Shown: one piece after another, positions 1-12,000 of the stretch
How the letters are laid out: each line of letters opens with the position of its first letter
Numbering within the stretch: position 1 is the first letter of the stretch
NCBI RefSeq assembly: GCF_001194135.2
Contig: NC_069005.1
Coordinates: forward strand, 29,235,004 to 29,280,569
DNA from: Octopus bimaculoides
Lineage: Eukaryota
DNA length: 45,566 nucleotides
Reading direction: 5' to 3'
Notes under the pieces: model-generated
Databases searched by the model: none
What the model was told of the DNA's origin: nothing
The model's input: only the letters and a program-made list of their open reading frames with translations
Made by a program: the position numbers and the translations under genes

Positions 1-32
<32 letters not shown>

Positions 33-120
33 ACCAAAAATTAGTACGGAATTCTTGGTGCCTCAACTTAAGTACCTAATTCAACTGAATCTCAAGTATT
101 TTGCTTAACTCATCAACCAA

Positions 121-174
<54 letters not shown>

Positions 175-575
175 NNNNNNNNNNACATACCATGTCATAT
201 TAACAATTAAGATTTCAAATATAAAGGACATTTAGCAATTGCTAAATGTCGGTCGATAAATTAAGTACCAGTTGCATACTGGGGTTCAATCTAATTGACT
301 GGTCCCCTCCTCAAAATTTTCGGGCCCTGTGCCTAGAGTAGAAAAGAATATTAAAACGGACGAGGGAAGGTTTTTGAATTGTCACGGGTACAGTTTATTC
401 CATGGCATAAGGTATCAACGTTAAGAATGATAATGCATACTGAGTTTATTAACGAAAGCTAATTCATAAACACAGGTACGGCTAAAATGAATATTCAATG
501 AAATCTGATGCCTAAAGTTTACGTGTGTTTGTGTTTAGATAATAATTCCAGGCAGAACAAATGGTGTGGGGGAAA

Positions 576-880
576 GAGGTTGTATCAAAGAGTTTCCAGA
601 CTAGTTACATTTAATAAAGAAATAACTTATTTACCTAAGTTTTTACATCATCTCCTTCAAATAGTCACCTTGTGGAGCAATACTCTGGTCCCAGTGTCCC
701 TGCCACTTTTGGAATCCAGCCTGGACGTCGTTGTCCATAAGTGAGTCAAGGACCTTCTGCAATTCGCTCTGGATTTCGACAACGGTATTAAAATGGCAAC
801 CTTTGAGCTGCGTTTTCATCTTAGGGAAGCATAATTGTTGCCAGAGCAGCTGACTGGCTGCTGGTGGTGCGTGAAAATGC
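576..880 (-). mobile_element. Mariner transposase C-terminal remnant plus terminal region
   Basis: FPKMKTQLKGCHFNTVVEIQSELQKVLDSL...FQKWQGHWDQSIAPQGDYL resembles the DD34D mariner C-terminus. Confidence 0.75.
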
Positions 881-1045
881 ATTCGAGTGAGGTCGTTACC
901 AGTGCTGCTGGACTGACTCCTGTGCAGGTGGCACATAAAAAACACCATTTGAGCGTGGCCATTGCCAGTACCGCCTGACATGGCACCAAAACACCATTCC
1001 TGGGGGTGTTACAAGGCAACACGAATGGGAAATGTGTGTATGTTA

Positions 1046-1118
<73 letters not shown>

Positions 1119-1422
1119 CTGACATCATAAGACTNNNNNNNNNNNNNNNNNNNNNNNNNNNNNNNNNNNNNNNNNNNNNNNNNNNNNNNNNNNNNNNNNN
1201 NNNNNNNNNNNNNNNNNNNNNNNNNNNNNNNNNNNNNNNNNNNNNNNNNNNNNNNNNNNNNNNNNNNNNNNNNNNNNNNNNNNNNNNNNNNNNNNNNNNN
1301 NNNNNNNNNNNNNNNNNNNNNNNNNNNNNNNNNNNNNNNNNNNNNNNNNNNNNNNNNNNNNNNNNNNNNNNNNNNNNNNNNNNNNNNNNNNNNNNNNNNN
1401 NNNNNNNNNNNNNNNNNNNNNN

Positions 1423-1496
<74 letters not shown>

Positions 1497-1923
1497 CTGA
1501 CATCATAAGACTTTAGAAACTTTGCAGTAATTCTTTTTTGGAATAGTTTATCTTGAAGTAGATGAGGATAGTGGTGATGATGATGATGATAACGGTGGTG
1601 GTGATGGTGGTGATGATGATAATGGCAATGATAATACAATGATGATGATGATGACAGTGATGGTGACGATACAATCAACCCCCAGTACTAGATTAGAATT
1701 TCGTTTTATTATTGTCCTTGGTGAGACAAAAGGAAAAGCTGCCTGTGGCAGGTTTTGAACTCAGAATGTACAGAGCTGGAACAAATAAAGCAAAGCATTT
1801 TCCCAACTTGCACCTGAAAGATTTTGCCAAGCCACTAGTTTAACCCTTTTGATAATAACCTGCCTGAGATGGCCCCTGGTTCTGTGACTGCTCTTCAAAA
1901 CTGTCCTTCAAGATTTTGTGCTT

Positions 1924-2180
1924 ATGTCCGAAACATCAGCTTAATAATGACAAAGTTATTTCGTTATTTTCAAAGTTAATTGAAATGAGGACAAAAGTAT
2001 TTCATATCATAATTATGGTAAGAAAAGGGTAGAAGACTGATGATGATGACGATGATGATGATGATGACGATGATGATGGTGACGACGACGACGATGATGA
2101 TCACGACAACAATGATGACGATGACGATAACAACAATTACAATGATGATGATGATGATGACAATGACCACAATGACAACA
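1924..2180. repeat. Microsatellite tracts; example given includes (GAT/GAC)n at about 2036-2180
   Basis: (TA)n, (GA)n, (CA)n, (TACA)n, (AAT)n and (GAT)n tracts occur throughout the window and explain most supplied ORFs. Confidence 0.8.
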
Positions 2181-2191
2181 CTACAATATCC

Positions 2192-2834
2192 GGATCTATT
2201 TTAAAACGGGGGCACCAGTATTTTCTTAACGAAACACTAACGAAACACTTTGAAACTTGGGACACTGGTAGAATGTGTCATATAAAACATCTTTTACTCT
2301 TAGTCTTCTTAACAAAAAAAAGGAATTCGCAAGTTATTCCATGTTAAAGTTGTCATATTTCTGTAATTTCAACCAATCACTGACGTCTATTCAGCTGAAT
2401 AGAGTTACTGCTGGGCGGTCATAAAAATGTTATTCCCTGTGACATAATTCATCTGGTTTAATCGTAATTTATACGCATATATTGTTTATATAATAAATTA
2501 CGCTGTGCGTATCTATGTGTGTAACAATTTTAGAGTTCGGATTCTAGAGTTAGGGTTACGGTTATGGTTAACAGTCTGGTTAGGGTTAGGGTTAGGGGAT
2601 TAATACAATATACACCGTTACAGCGCTAACTGTTTTCAACTGAATAGACGTCAGTGATTAGTAGAAATTATCGAAATAAGACAATTTTTTACATGAAATA
2701 AATTCGAATACAAAAATATTTTTCTGTTCTATAACACAAAATAGATAAGTATACGAAGTTTGAAAGTCTTTCCGTACCAAAAACACTACGTAAAACATAA
2801 ATGAAAACTGGCGCCCCAGTTTTAAAATAGATCC
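2192..2834. mobile_element. Merlin-like non-autonomous DNA transposon (MITE)
   Basis: ~28-bp TIRs starting GGATCTATTTTAAAAC; exact 8-bp TSD CAATATCC (2184-2191, 2835-2842); ~90-bp internal inverted repeats. Confidence 0.8.
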
Positions 2835-3270
2835 CAATATCCAACTAGAAACTGGGACCCTGCTCTGCTCACATACCCACGCATGAAAACACACACACAC
2901 ACATGCATATACACGCATACACACATCCACAGATGCTAGTAGACTAATCTTGTGTTGACACTAAGGTCAAATCATCCAATTTATTTGTTTGTATAAGATG
3001 CTTCAGCTTCTCTCCCCCTCTCTTTCTGCTTGTATCTTCCTCTTTCTCACACTCACTATTTCCTCTCCTACTCCACTTCTGTTTGTCAATAATTCTGCCT
3101 GCCTACTTATATCTCACCTCACCCTTTTCTCCCTCTCTCTCTTGTATGTTTGAGTGCCTATCTCTCTGCTAGTTGTCTATGAGCCTCTTTCCCTCTCCCT
3201 CTCTATCTCCATCCTCTCTACCTCCCCTTCCCCCTCCTCTCTCAATTTGATAACATATCTTCAACAACAT

Positions 3271-3659
3271 AGGTGTGGGAGTGGCTGTGTGGTAAGTAGC
3301 TTGCTTACCAACCACATGGCTCCCACTGCGTGGCACCTTGGGCAAGCGTCTTCTACTATAGCCTCAGGTTGACCAAAGCCTTGTGAGTGGATTTGGTAGA
3401 CGGAAACTGAAGGAAGCCCATCGTGTGTATATATATATATATGTGTGTGTGTGTTTGCGTGTCTGTGTTTGCCCCACCACCATCACTTGACAACCGATGG
3501 TGGTGCGTTTACGTCCCTGTAACTTAGTGGTTCAGTAAAAGAGACCGATAGAATAAGTACTAGGCTTACAAAGAATAAGTCCTGGGGTTGATTTGTTCCA
3601 CTAAAGGCGGTGCTCTAGCATGGCCACAGTCAAATGACTGAAACAAGTAAAAGAGTAAA
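3271..3659 (+). mobile_element. Full-length tRNA-headed CORE-like SINE (family A)
   Basis: tRNA-like head, CCTTGGGCAAG core, internal (TA)(TG) tract. Further copies or fragments near 4535, 7330, 11330, 17590, 25120, 25465, 33960, 36990, 38320, 39110, 42700, 45420. Confidence 0.85.
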
Positions 3660-3947
3660 CGCATTGAGCAGTGGCCATTCAGCAGTAATTATGGCCTTCA
3701 TGAAGTCTGGGCCGTGGTTTGTACAGCCAAATGTGTCCTGACCACTTTCCAGTATCGCCATGTTAATGACATTTTTTGATCAGCAAGATGAAAGCCTCTT
3801 CGCCAATGTTATCCAAGCACTGCAACAACACCAATGGAAGAAGTGTGTGGACTGCAAGGGGAACTATGTTGAAAAAATAAATCTCATTGGTCACAATCCA
3901 TGAGAGTATCCTGTTCGGCTTTTGAACTTTACAACTGATCCTCACGG
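3660..3947 (+). mobile_element. Mariner transposase 3' remnant and right terminus
   Basis: QWKKCVDCKGNYVEK motif followed by a TIR-like end. Confidence 0.65.
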
Positions 3948-4729
3948 GGTCGGTTTGTGTATGCAGGATGTTTAGTGCACTTACACGGACAATTCTGATT
4001 GGTTTACTGACAATAGAGAAATAAACAAATGAATCATTTCCAATAGCTTGTTGTTGGTGGTGGTGGTGCTGCTGCTGTTGTTGGAGTTGCTGTTGTGGCT
4101 GCCGCTGTTGTTGTTGTTGTTTTTCTTCTTTTGGCCCACACCCTTGGAAGATATCTCAAGAAAGAGAGAAAGACAGACAGAAAGAAAGAAAGAAAGAAAG
4201 ACAAGCAGCAACAAGTAAAGAAAATAGAAAAAAACACAGAGAAGATAAAAGAGGTGAACAAAAAGTACAACAGAGGTTTTTCACCTTTAAATATATATGC
4301 ATGTGTGTGCATATATTTATCTATATGTGTGTGTGTATGTGAATGTTTATATATATATAATGTGGTAATGCTTCAACACCTAGAAAAGCATTCTGTCAGA
4401 TGAGACAGGAAACCATAAACTAAAACTAAAAACCATAATTTTTTTGCAGCTTAATAAATGGTGGAATAGTTGTAAGTGCAAGATTTGTGGTCTTTAATTT
4501 AAGTTATATATAGGTGCAAGCATGGCTATAGGCACAGGGGTGGCTGTGTGGTAAGTAGCTTGCTTACCAACCACATGGTTCCAGGTTCGGTCCCACTGTG
4601 TGTGGCACCTTGGGCAAGTGTCTTCTACTATAGCCTCGGGCCGACCAAAGCCTTGTGAGTGGATTTGGTAGGCAGAAGTTTCAGTGCTCCAACTTTTCTG
4701 CATCTGCATATATCATTTTCTGAGATATT

Positions 4730-4900
4730 CCATCGTCAATCATCAATCGTCATCATCTATAATCAATTGTCATCATCAATCACCATCAATCATTAATCAC
4801 CAACATTCATTAACCGTCATCAATCATTAATCATCATCAATCATTAATCACCATCAATCATTAATCACCACCAATCATTAATCGTCATCAATCATCATTA
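4730..4900. repeat. Degenerate 17-bp minisatellite (CATCAATCATTAATCAC)n
   Basis: Direct reading of tandem units. Confidence 0.75.
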
Positions 4901-5410
4901 TCCTTTAGCGTCCGTTTTCCATGCTGGCATGGGTCAGACTGGAACAGGTAAGCCGGAGAGCTGCACCAGGCTGCATTCTGTTTTAGCTTGGTTTCTATGG
5001 ATGCTCTTCTGAATGCTAACCACTTCACAGAGAGTACCAGGTGCCTTTTACTTTATCTGTCACAGGCACGGGATGTCTTTTATGTGTCGCTGGCACTGGC
5101 CACGACACCAATTTCACTGAGGTATTTTAGCTATTTTACATATTTATTTATTTATATATTTATTTATCTCAATTTTGCTAAGAAAAAAAAAACCAAAACC
5201 AAAAAAACAACCAACCAACCAACCCTCACTCCCCACCTGCACCTAAGAAAAAAAAAGAAAAAAGTTGGTGGAAAATTATATAAAGTTTAAGCAAACTTTA
5301 TCTGTCTAAGTTGGAAAGTACAAAGATCGCCCTGCCACAAAAAAAAAAAAAAAAAAAAAAAAATCAAGTGGTGGAGGGGGAAGACAGACATTAATATTGA
5401 TTATATAATC

Positions 5411-5448
<38 letters not shown>

Positions 5449-5496
5449 GTTTGTTTTTCTCTTGTATTGCTTTGACTTCTACTTCACTCAGTTGTT

Positions 5497-5517
5497 ATGG
5501 AGGTTTACAAGTTACAC
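5497..5517 (+). CDS. SLC6 probable start micro-exon (MEVYKLH)
   Basis: Acceptor ttctacttcactcag|5492, ATG at 5497, donor GTGAGT at 5518, phase 0 matching the phase-0 start of exon 7089. Confidence 0.55.
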
Positions 5518-7004
5518 GTGAGTAGAGATGTTTTATTGTCTTATAATAGATTTTCGTTAAAATATTTTCATTAACTTCAGGTGCATTATTGTGAAACTTT
5601 GATATTTCATATTCAAATATTACTCATTTAAACAATGTTGTGTAAGAATTTAAATTATGTTTGATTGTCTTTTTCTTAACATTTTTCTCAATATTCTTGC
5701 TCTCTCTCTCTTCCTCTCTCTCTCTCTCTCTCTCTCCAAAAAATCTCCGTTTATGGCACAAAAGCCCTTGAATTCTTTTGTCCTCAGTAATAAATTAGAC
5801 TAAGATTTGAAATAAAAGCTCCCCTTCTTCATCTTTTCTTCATTTTTCTATGTCTTCTTCTTCATTCTTCTTCTTCTTCTTCATCTCCTTCATTTTTTGT
5901 TTTTTTTATTTTGTTTTTCTTCTTCGTTTCCTTTTTTCTTTCTGTTTTTTTTTTACTTTGTTTTAATTCTTTTTGTTCTTCCACTTCTTTTCATTTTTCG
6001 TTTTTTTCCCCTTTGTTTTTCTTCGTTTTTCTTTCCTTCTGATTTTTACTTTGTTGTTGTTGTTGTTCTTCTTCTTCTTCAATTATTGTCAGGTCCTTGG
6101 GAACAGTATCAGAAGGCATCAAGGGGGAACATAAAGGAAACTGGCATAGAGTGCCCGGTAGAACTGTTACAAAAGGTTTGCCACCTTGGCATAGCCAGAA
6201 TAATCAAAAAAGTATTAGATAGCTGAAAAGAAGGGACAGCATGGTACCGAAGGCTGCAGGTAGCAAGCCCTCTATGCATGCAAAACTCCAAGAGCTCCAA
6301 CAAAACCTGTGATAATTAGAAATAACAATGGTTGGCATTCTGTCGGTTACGACGTCGAGGGTTCCAGTTGATCCAATCAATGGAATAGCCTGCTCGTGAA
6401 ATTAACGTGCAAGTGGCTGAGCACTCCACAGACACGTGTACCCTTAACGTAGTTCTCGGGGATATTCAGCGTGACACAGTGTGACAAGGCTGACCCTTTG
6501 AATTACAGGCACAACAGAAACAGGAAGTAAGAGTGAGAGAAAGTTGTTGTGGAAGAGTACAGCAGGGTTCGCCACGATCCCCTGCCGGAGCCTCGTGGAG
6601 CTTTAGGTGTTTTCGCTCAATAAAAAACTCATAAGGCCCAGTCTGGGAATCGATACCGCGATCCTATGACTGCGAGTCCGCTGCCCTAACCACTAGGCTA
6701 TTGCGCCTCCACAATAACAACAACAACAATAATAGTAATAATAGTAACAATAACAACAACAACAACAACAATAATAATAATAATCCAGTCTATTATAGGT
6801 TCAAAGCCTGAAATTTTGGGGTAGAGGGCTAGTTGATTATATCGACCCCAGTGCATGACTGGTACTAGTTTTATCAACCCCAAAAGGTTGAAAGATAAAG
6901 TGAACCTTGGCAAAATTTGAACTCAGAATGTAAAAATTGTTATTGTTTTTGTTGAATAAAATTTGTTGAAAAAAAGCCACAATAATTATGCCCCAACCCA
7001 ACAC

Positions 7005-7040
<36 letters not shown>

Positions 7041-7542
7041 TTGTTAATCTTTTTGTATGCATGTTCTTCTCTCCTTGATTGATTAAAGGCGGAACAGAAA
7101 CCCACAAATGGCATATGCCAAGGAGCAGAAATCACTGAAGCTCCATCATCAGGAGGAAAAACACCTAAACAAAGAGGTACCTGGGGAAAACAGATAGAGT
7201 TTTTCATAACATGTGTTGGTTTTGCTGTAGGTTTGGGTAATGTATGGCGCTTCCCATATCTCTGTTACAAGAATGGAGGAGGTAAGTGAAACATGCCTGC
7301 CATTTGTTATCTTTTATCTTAAATTGTTTCACTCTTCAGATTGTGGTCATGCTGGGGCACTGCCTTAAAGAGTTTAGTCAAACAAATCGACTCCAGTACT
7401 CATTTTTTTAAAAGTTAGGTACTTATTCTATCGGTCTCCACTGCCAAACCCCTAAGTTACAGAGATGTAAACAAAAATCAATTGTCAAGTGATAAGGGGG
7501 ACATACACAAACACACACACACAAACACATGTGCACACACAA

Positions 7543-7577
<35 letters not shown>

Positions 7578-7765
7578 TATATAATAATTAAAGTCCAGGA
7601 GTAGTGAGAAGTATGAATATTTAATTCCATATGTTTACAGCTGTTTCATAATTCACATTCAGTTACATGAAATTCTTTGAACAGGTATGTGTCTTATGCG
7701 AAATCTGTGACAAGCCCAAGTGAATGACCTCGAATGACGCTGACCTGGAGTCGCCTCTGATACAT

Positions 7766-7798
<33 letters not shown>

Positions 7799-9028
7799 TA
7801 CTACCATGAATACAATGAATCTGATGAGGGTAGCATTAATCCTCTAGGTTATTCAATTTCTCTCAACCGATCAATCGACTGATTGAATAAACCAATCAAT
7901 CAACAAAACTGTAATGATTATCAGAAAACAGATGTCAGTTAAAATTCACTACAACGAAGGAATCTGTAATGACCATTAATTATCCTTTGTGATATATATA
8001 TATNNNNNNNNNNNNNNNNNNNNNNNNNNNNNNNNNNNNNNNNNNNNNNNNNNNNNNNNNNNNNNNNNNNNNNNNNNNNNNNNNNNNNNNNNNNNNNNNN
8101 NNNNNNNNNNNNNNNNNNNNNNNNNNNNNNNNNNNNNNNNNNNNNNNNNNNNNNNNNNNNNNNNNNNNNNNNNNNNNNNNNNNNNNNNNNNNNNNNNNNN
8201 NNNNNNNNNNNNNNNNNNNNNNNNNNNNNNNNNNNNNNNNNNNNNNNNNNNNNNNNNNNNNNNNNNNNNNNNNNNNNNNNNNNNNNNNNNNNNNNNNNNN
8301 NNNNNNNNNNNNNNNNNNNNNNNNNNNNNNNNNNNNNNNTATATATAAATTATATATATATGACTGAGGATGTTAGAAACACCTACATTGCTAGAAATAA
8401 GAGTTAAATGCTCTAATGCTGAGGTCAAAGCACATAATATATACATACATACATATGTATGTATGTATATATATAAGCTCTTTGTATAGGGACTTCCCTC
8501 ACAATGTCTGTCTACCAAATTCATTCACAGGGCATTGGTTGGCCCAAGGCATTGGTTGGCCCAGGGCATTGGTTGGCCCAGGGTATTGGTTGGCCCAGGG
8601 CTATTGACGACACTTGTCCAGGTTGCCGTTCAGTGACCTTGAACCTGAACCACATCGCCATTCCTGGATAATTTCCTTGTTCCTTTCCCAAAGACTATAA
8701 ACTCGCTGTGAACCCTCAACCATTACTTTTTGCTTCCAGGTGCATTTCTAATTCCATATTTCATTTGTCTGATAACCATTGGCATCCCTCTCTTCTTCAT
8801 GGAAATCTCTGTCGGCCAGTTTAGTGGACTTGGACCACTCACCATATTTCGCCATTGTCCACCTTTTAAAGGTAAGTCCAACGTAGCTGCTGTTGTTGTT
8901 ATTCTTTAATCCCACCACCACCACTACTATCACACATACCAACTAAGTCAGCTCACACTGAGCAGAGCTAAGACTGTAAGCACTTTGTCTGTGACCATAT
9001 TAAGACTCATCAGCATTGTTATTATTCA

Positions 9029-9059
<31 letters not shown>

Positions 9060-12000
9060 GAGGTGCAATGGCCCAGTGGTTAGGGCAGCAGACTCGCGGT
9101 CATAGGATCGCGGTTTCAATTCCCAGACCGAGCGTTGTGAGTGTTTATTGAGCGAAAACACCTAAAGCTCCATGAGGCTCCAGCAGGGGATGGTGGCGAA
9201 CCCTGCTGTACTCTTCCACCACAACTTTCTCTCACTCTTACTTCCTGTTTCTGTTGTGCCTGTAATTCAAAGGGTCAGCCTTGTCACACANNNNNNNNNN
9301 ACACGTGTCTGTGGAGTGCTCAGCCACTTGCACGTTAATTTCACGAGCAGGCTGTTCCGTTGATCGGATCAACTGGAACCCTCGATGTCGTAAGCAACGG
9401 AGTGCCAACAACAACAACAACATTATTATTATTATTATTACATAAGTGAGGGTGCATGGCCTAGTGGTTTGGGTGTTGTACTCATGATCTAGTGATTGTG
9501 ATTTTAGTTCCTGGACTGAGCGGTGCATTGTGTCTCTCAACAAAAACACTTCACCTCACATTGCTCTGTGGTCACTTCGACACCTGATGCGTGGTACACT
9601 GTCCACCTGTTCAGACAACTTCGGTTTGATGGAGTGAATGAACTAATTATGTAGCATGAACATATGATGATGATGATGATCATCATCATCATCATCGTTT
9701 AACGTCTGCTTTCCATGCTAGCATGGGTTGGACAATTTGACTGGGGACTGGTGAACCAGATGGCTACACCAGGCTCCAATCTGATTTGGCAGAGTTTCTA
9801 CAGGTGGATGCCCTTCCTAACGCCAACCACTCTGAAAGTGTAGCAGGTGCTTTTACATGCCACCGGCACGAAGGCCAGTTAGGCAGTACTGGCAACAGCC
9901 ATGCTCAAAATGGTGTATTTCACATGCCACCTGCACAAGAGCCAGTCCAGTGGCACTGGTAACGATCTCACTCGAATGTCTTTACATGTGCCACGGGCAC
10001 AAGTGCCAGAAAGGCGACGCTGGGCACAGGTGCCATCACGATTTCGTTTTTGCTTGCCCCAACAGGTCTTTGCAAGCCGAGTTTCGTGTCCAATGAAGGA
10101 GACGACGTTGGCATGGGTGCCAGTCGTCGAATTTAGTTCGGTTTCACTTGCCTCAACAGGTCTTCGCAAGCGAAGTTTAGTGTCCAATGAAGGAAAGGTA
10201 CGCATAAGTGGGCTGGCTACACCCCTGGCAGAGGCCTTAAACAAATAATTTGTGGAAGTTGTTCAGCTAAAATTGGATACTCATACATCCTCTTTGATAG
10301 AAGAGTCCATCATTATGTAAGAGCAATGCATCAAAGTGACACTGGGGTACAAATACTGTTAATCTTTGCAGGTGTTGGCTACTCCATGTTGATTCTTGTG
10401 TTCCTCATTATAATCTACTATAACGTCATCGTGGCATATTCCATCTACTTCCTCTTTGCATCCTTCACATCGTCACTGCCATGGCTCAAATGCAACAACA
10501 AGTGGAATACATGCAACTGTACTGTAAACATTTATGGCGACAAGTTCACCAATATTGCCGCTACAGACCCCAGCAATCAAGTACCATCTCTAAGCGACAT
10601 TGAAGGTCTGTTTAATGAAACTCGTCCTGAGTGCAGACGTAAGTAGAATGTTCATTTTTGTATTCTGTCATTCTTTTGCTCTTTTACTGATTTTTCAACT
10701 TAATGGACTATGGTCATGCTGGAGCACTGTCTTCGGTCTAACTATACAAAGATCCCTGTCCCCGCCACAGACTTTGTTTCCTCCTAACTTTATACAAAAT
10801 GGATATTTTTAAATGAAATTTGCTACAGATATGTTTCAAAGGATGTAAATTTAGAATTTGTTGTGAAAAAAATTCTTCAGAAGTATATGGCATGCCTTCA
10901 CTTTATTTCCTCATGCTTTTTAGAAAAATAAACTTTTGCCTATCATTCCAGACCAGACTAATAAATAAACTCTTACCTATCATTCCAGCCAACTTAACAG
11001 ACTTGATAACCTTCTCTGGAAATGTTACTCCATCTTGGAAAGCCATCATTGATCCATACTTTTACAACTATACATCTAAGACTGCAAGTGAAGAATATTT
11101 CTTGTACGGCAACTACTTTTTCCTATCGTTTTACTAACTTCCCACCTTTTTATCTTCCTCTATTTCCATCTTCCTCTTTTATTGTCCTCCCATCATAATA
11201 CCAATCTGTCTTCCCATCTTATCCTCTTCTTGTCTTCCCATCAACCTGTCTTCTTGTCTTCCTATTATCCTCACTTCCTATCTTCGTATCTCCCTGTTTT
11301 CCTGTTCTCCCATCATCATTCCTGTTTCCCCCCCACCACCACCATCACTTGACAACCGATGCTGGTGTGTTTACGTCCCTGTAACTTATCAATTCAGCAA
11401 CAGAGACCGATAGAATAAGTACTAGGCTTACAAAGAATAAGTCCTGGGGTCGATTTGTACGACGAAAGGTGGTGCTCCAGTATGACCGCAGTCAAATGAC
11501 CGAAACAAGTAAGAGTAAAGAGTGTACTAATTGTGCAAAAACCCTTTCTCTCTCTCTCTTTACACACACACACACACACATTAGTGACAGAGACAGTATT
11601 AGCACTGTGAGATAATCTTTATCCCCACTTAATCCTGGATGTTCTGTTAGAACAAACTATACTGTGGTAGATACCATTAGTTTTTTTGGTGCAAAATGCA
11701 CTCTTGTTTATATCCCTGCTAGTGGGGAGATAAATTCTAGCCACCTCCAGTGCTGAGAACACCAGATCACGTGATTTCGACCTTCTTTGGTCTCATCAAT
11801 GCTGGACACCCAACTGCTAGAGAGAGCAGCAACTCATCTCCCCACCAGCAACATATAGATTGAAAGTGCTAGAACTGGCACTGGTGTCATGATTAGTCAA
11901 TTAGCTGGCTTGAGGGTGCTGGGCGTTTTGAGGATGGTCATGGTTGGAATGTTTTTGATCAATAGGTTATGCTGGATCATGTTTGGCATGATAGTCATGG

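Noticed and set aside
1009-1678. Long ORFs with poly-IY, SL, HT, CV or His tracts here and throughout the ORF track
   Set aside because: Translations of (TA)n, (GA)n, (CA)n and (GAT)n microsatellites; no coding signal
9059-9130. tRNA-like sequences with A and B boxes
   Set aside because: They are SINE heads continuing into SINE bodies, with no complete cloverleaf; not tRNA genes
10820-10988. N-terminal part of the 105-aa ORF as coding sequence
   Set aside because: Intronic; phase analysis places the acceptor at 10988/10989
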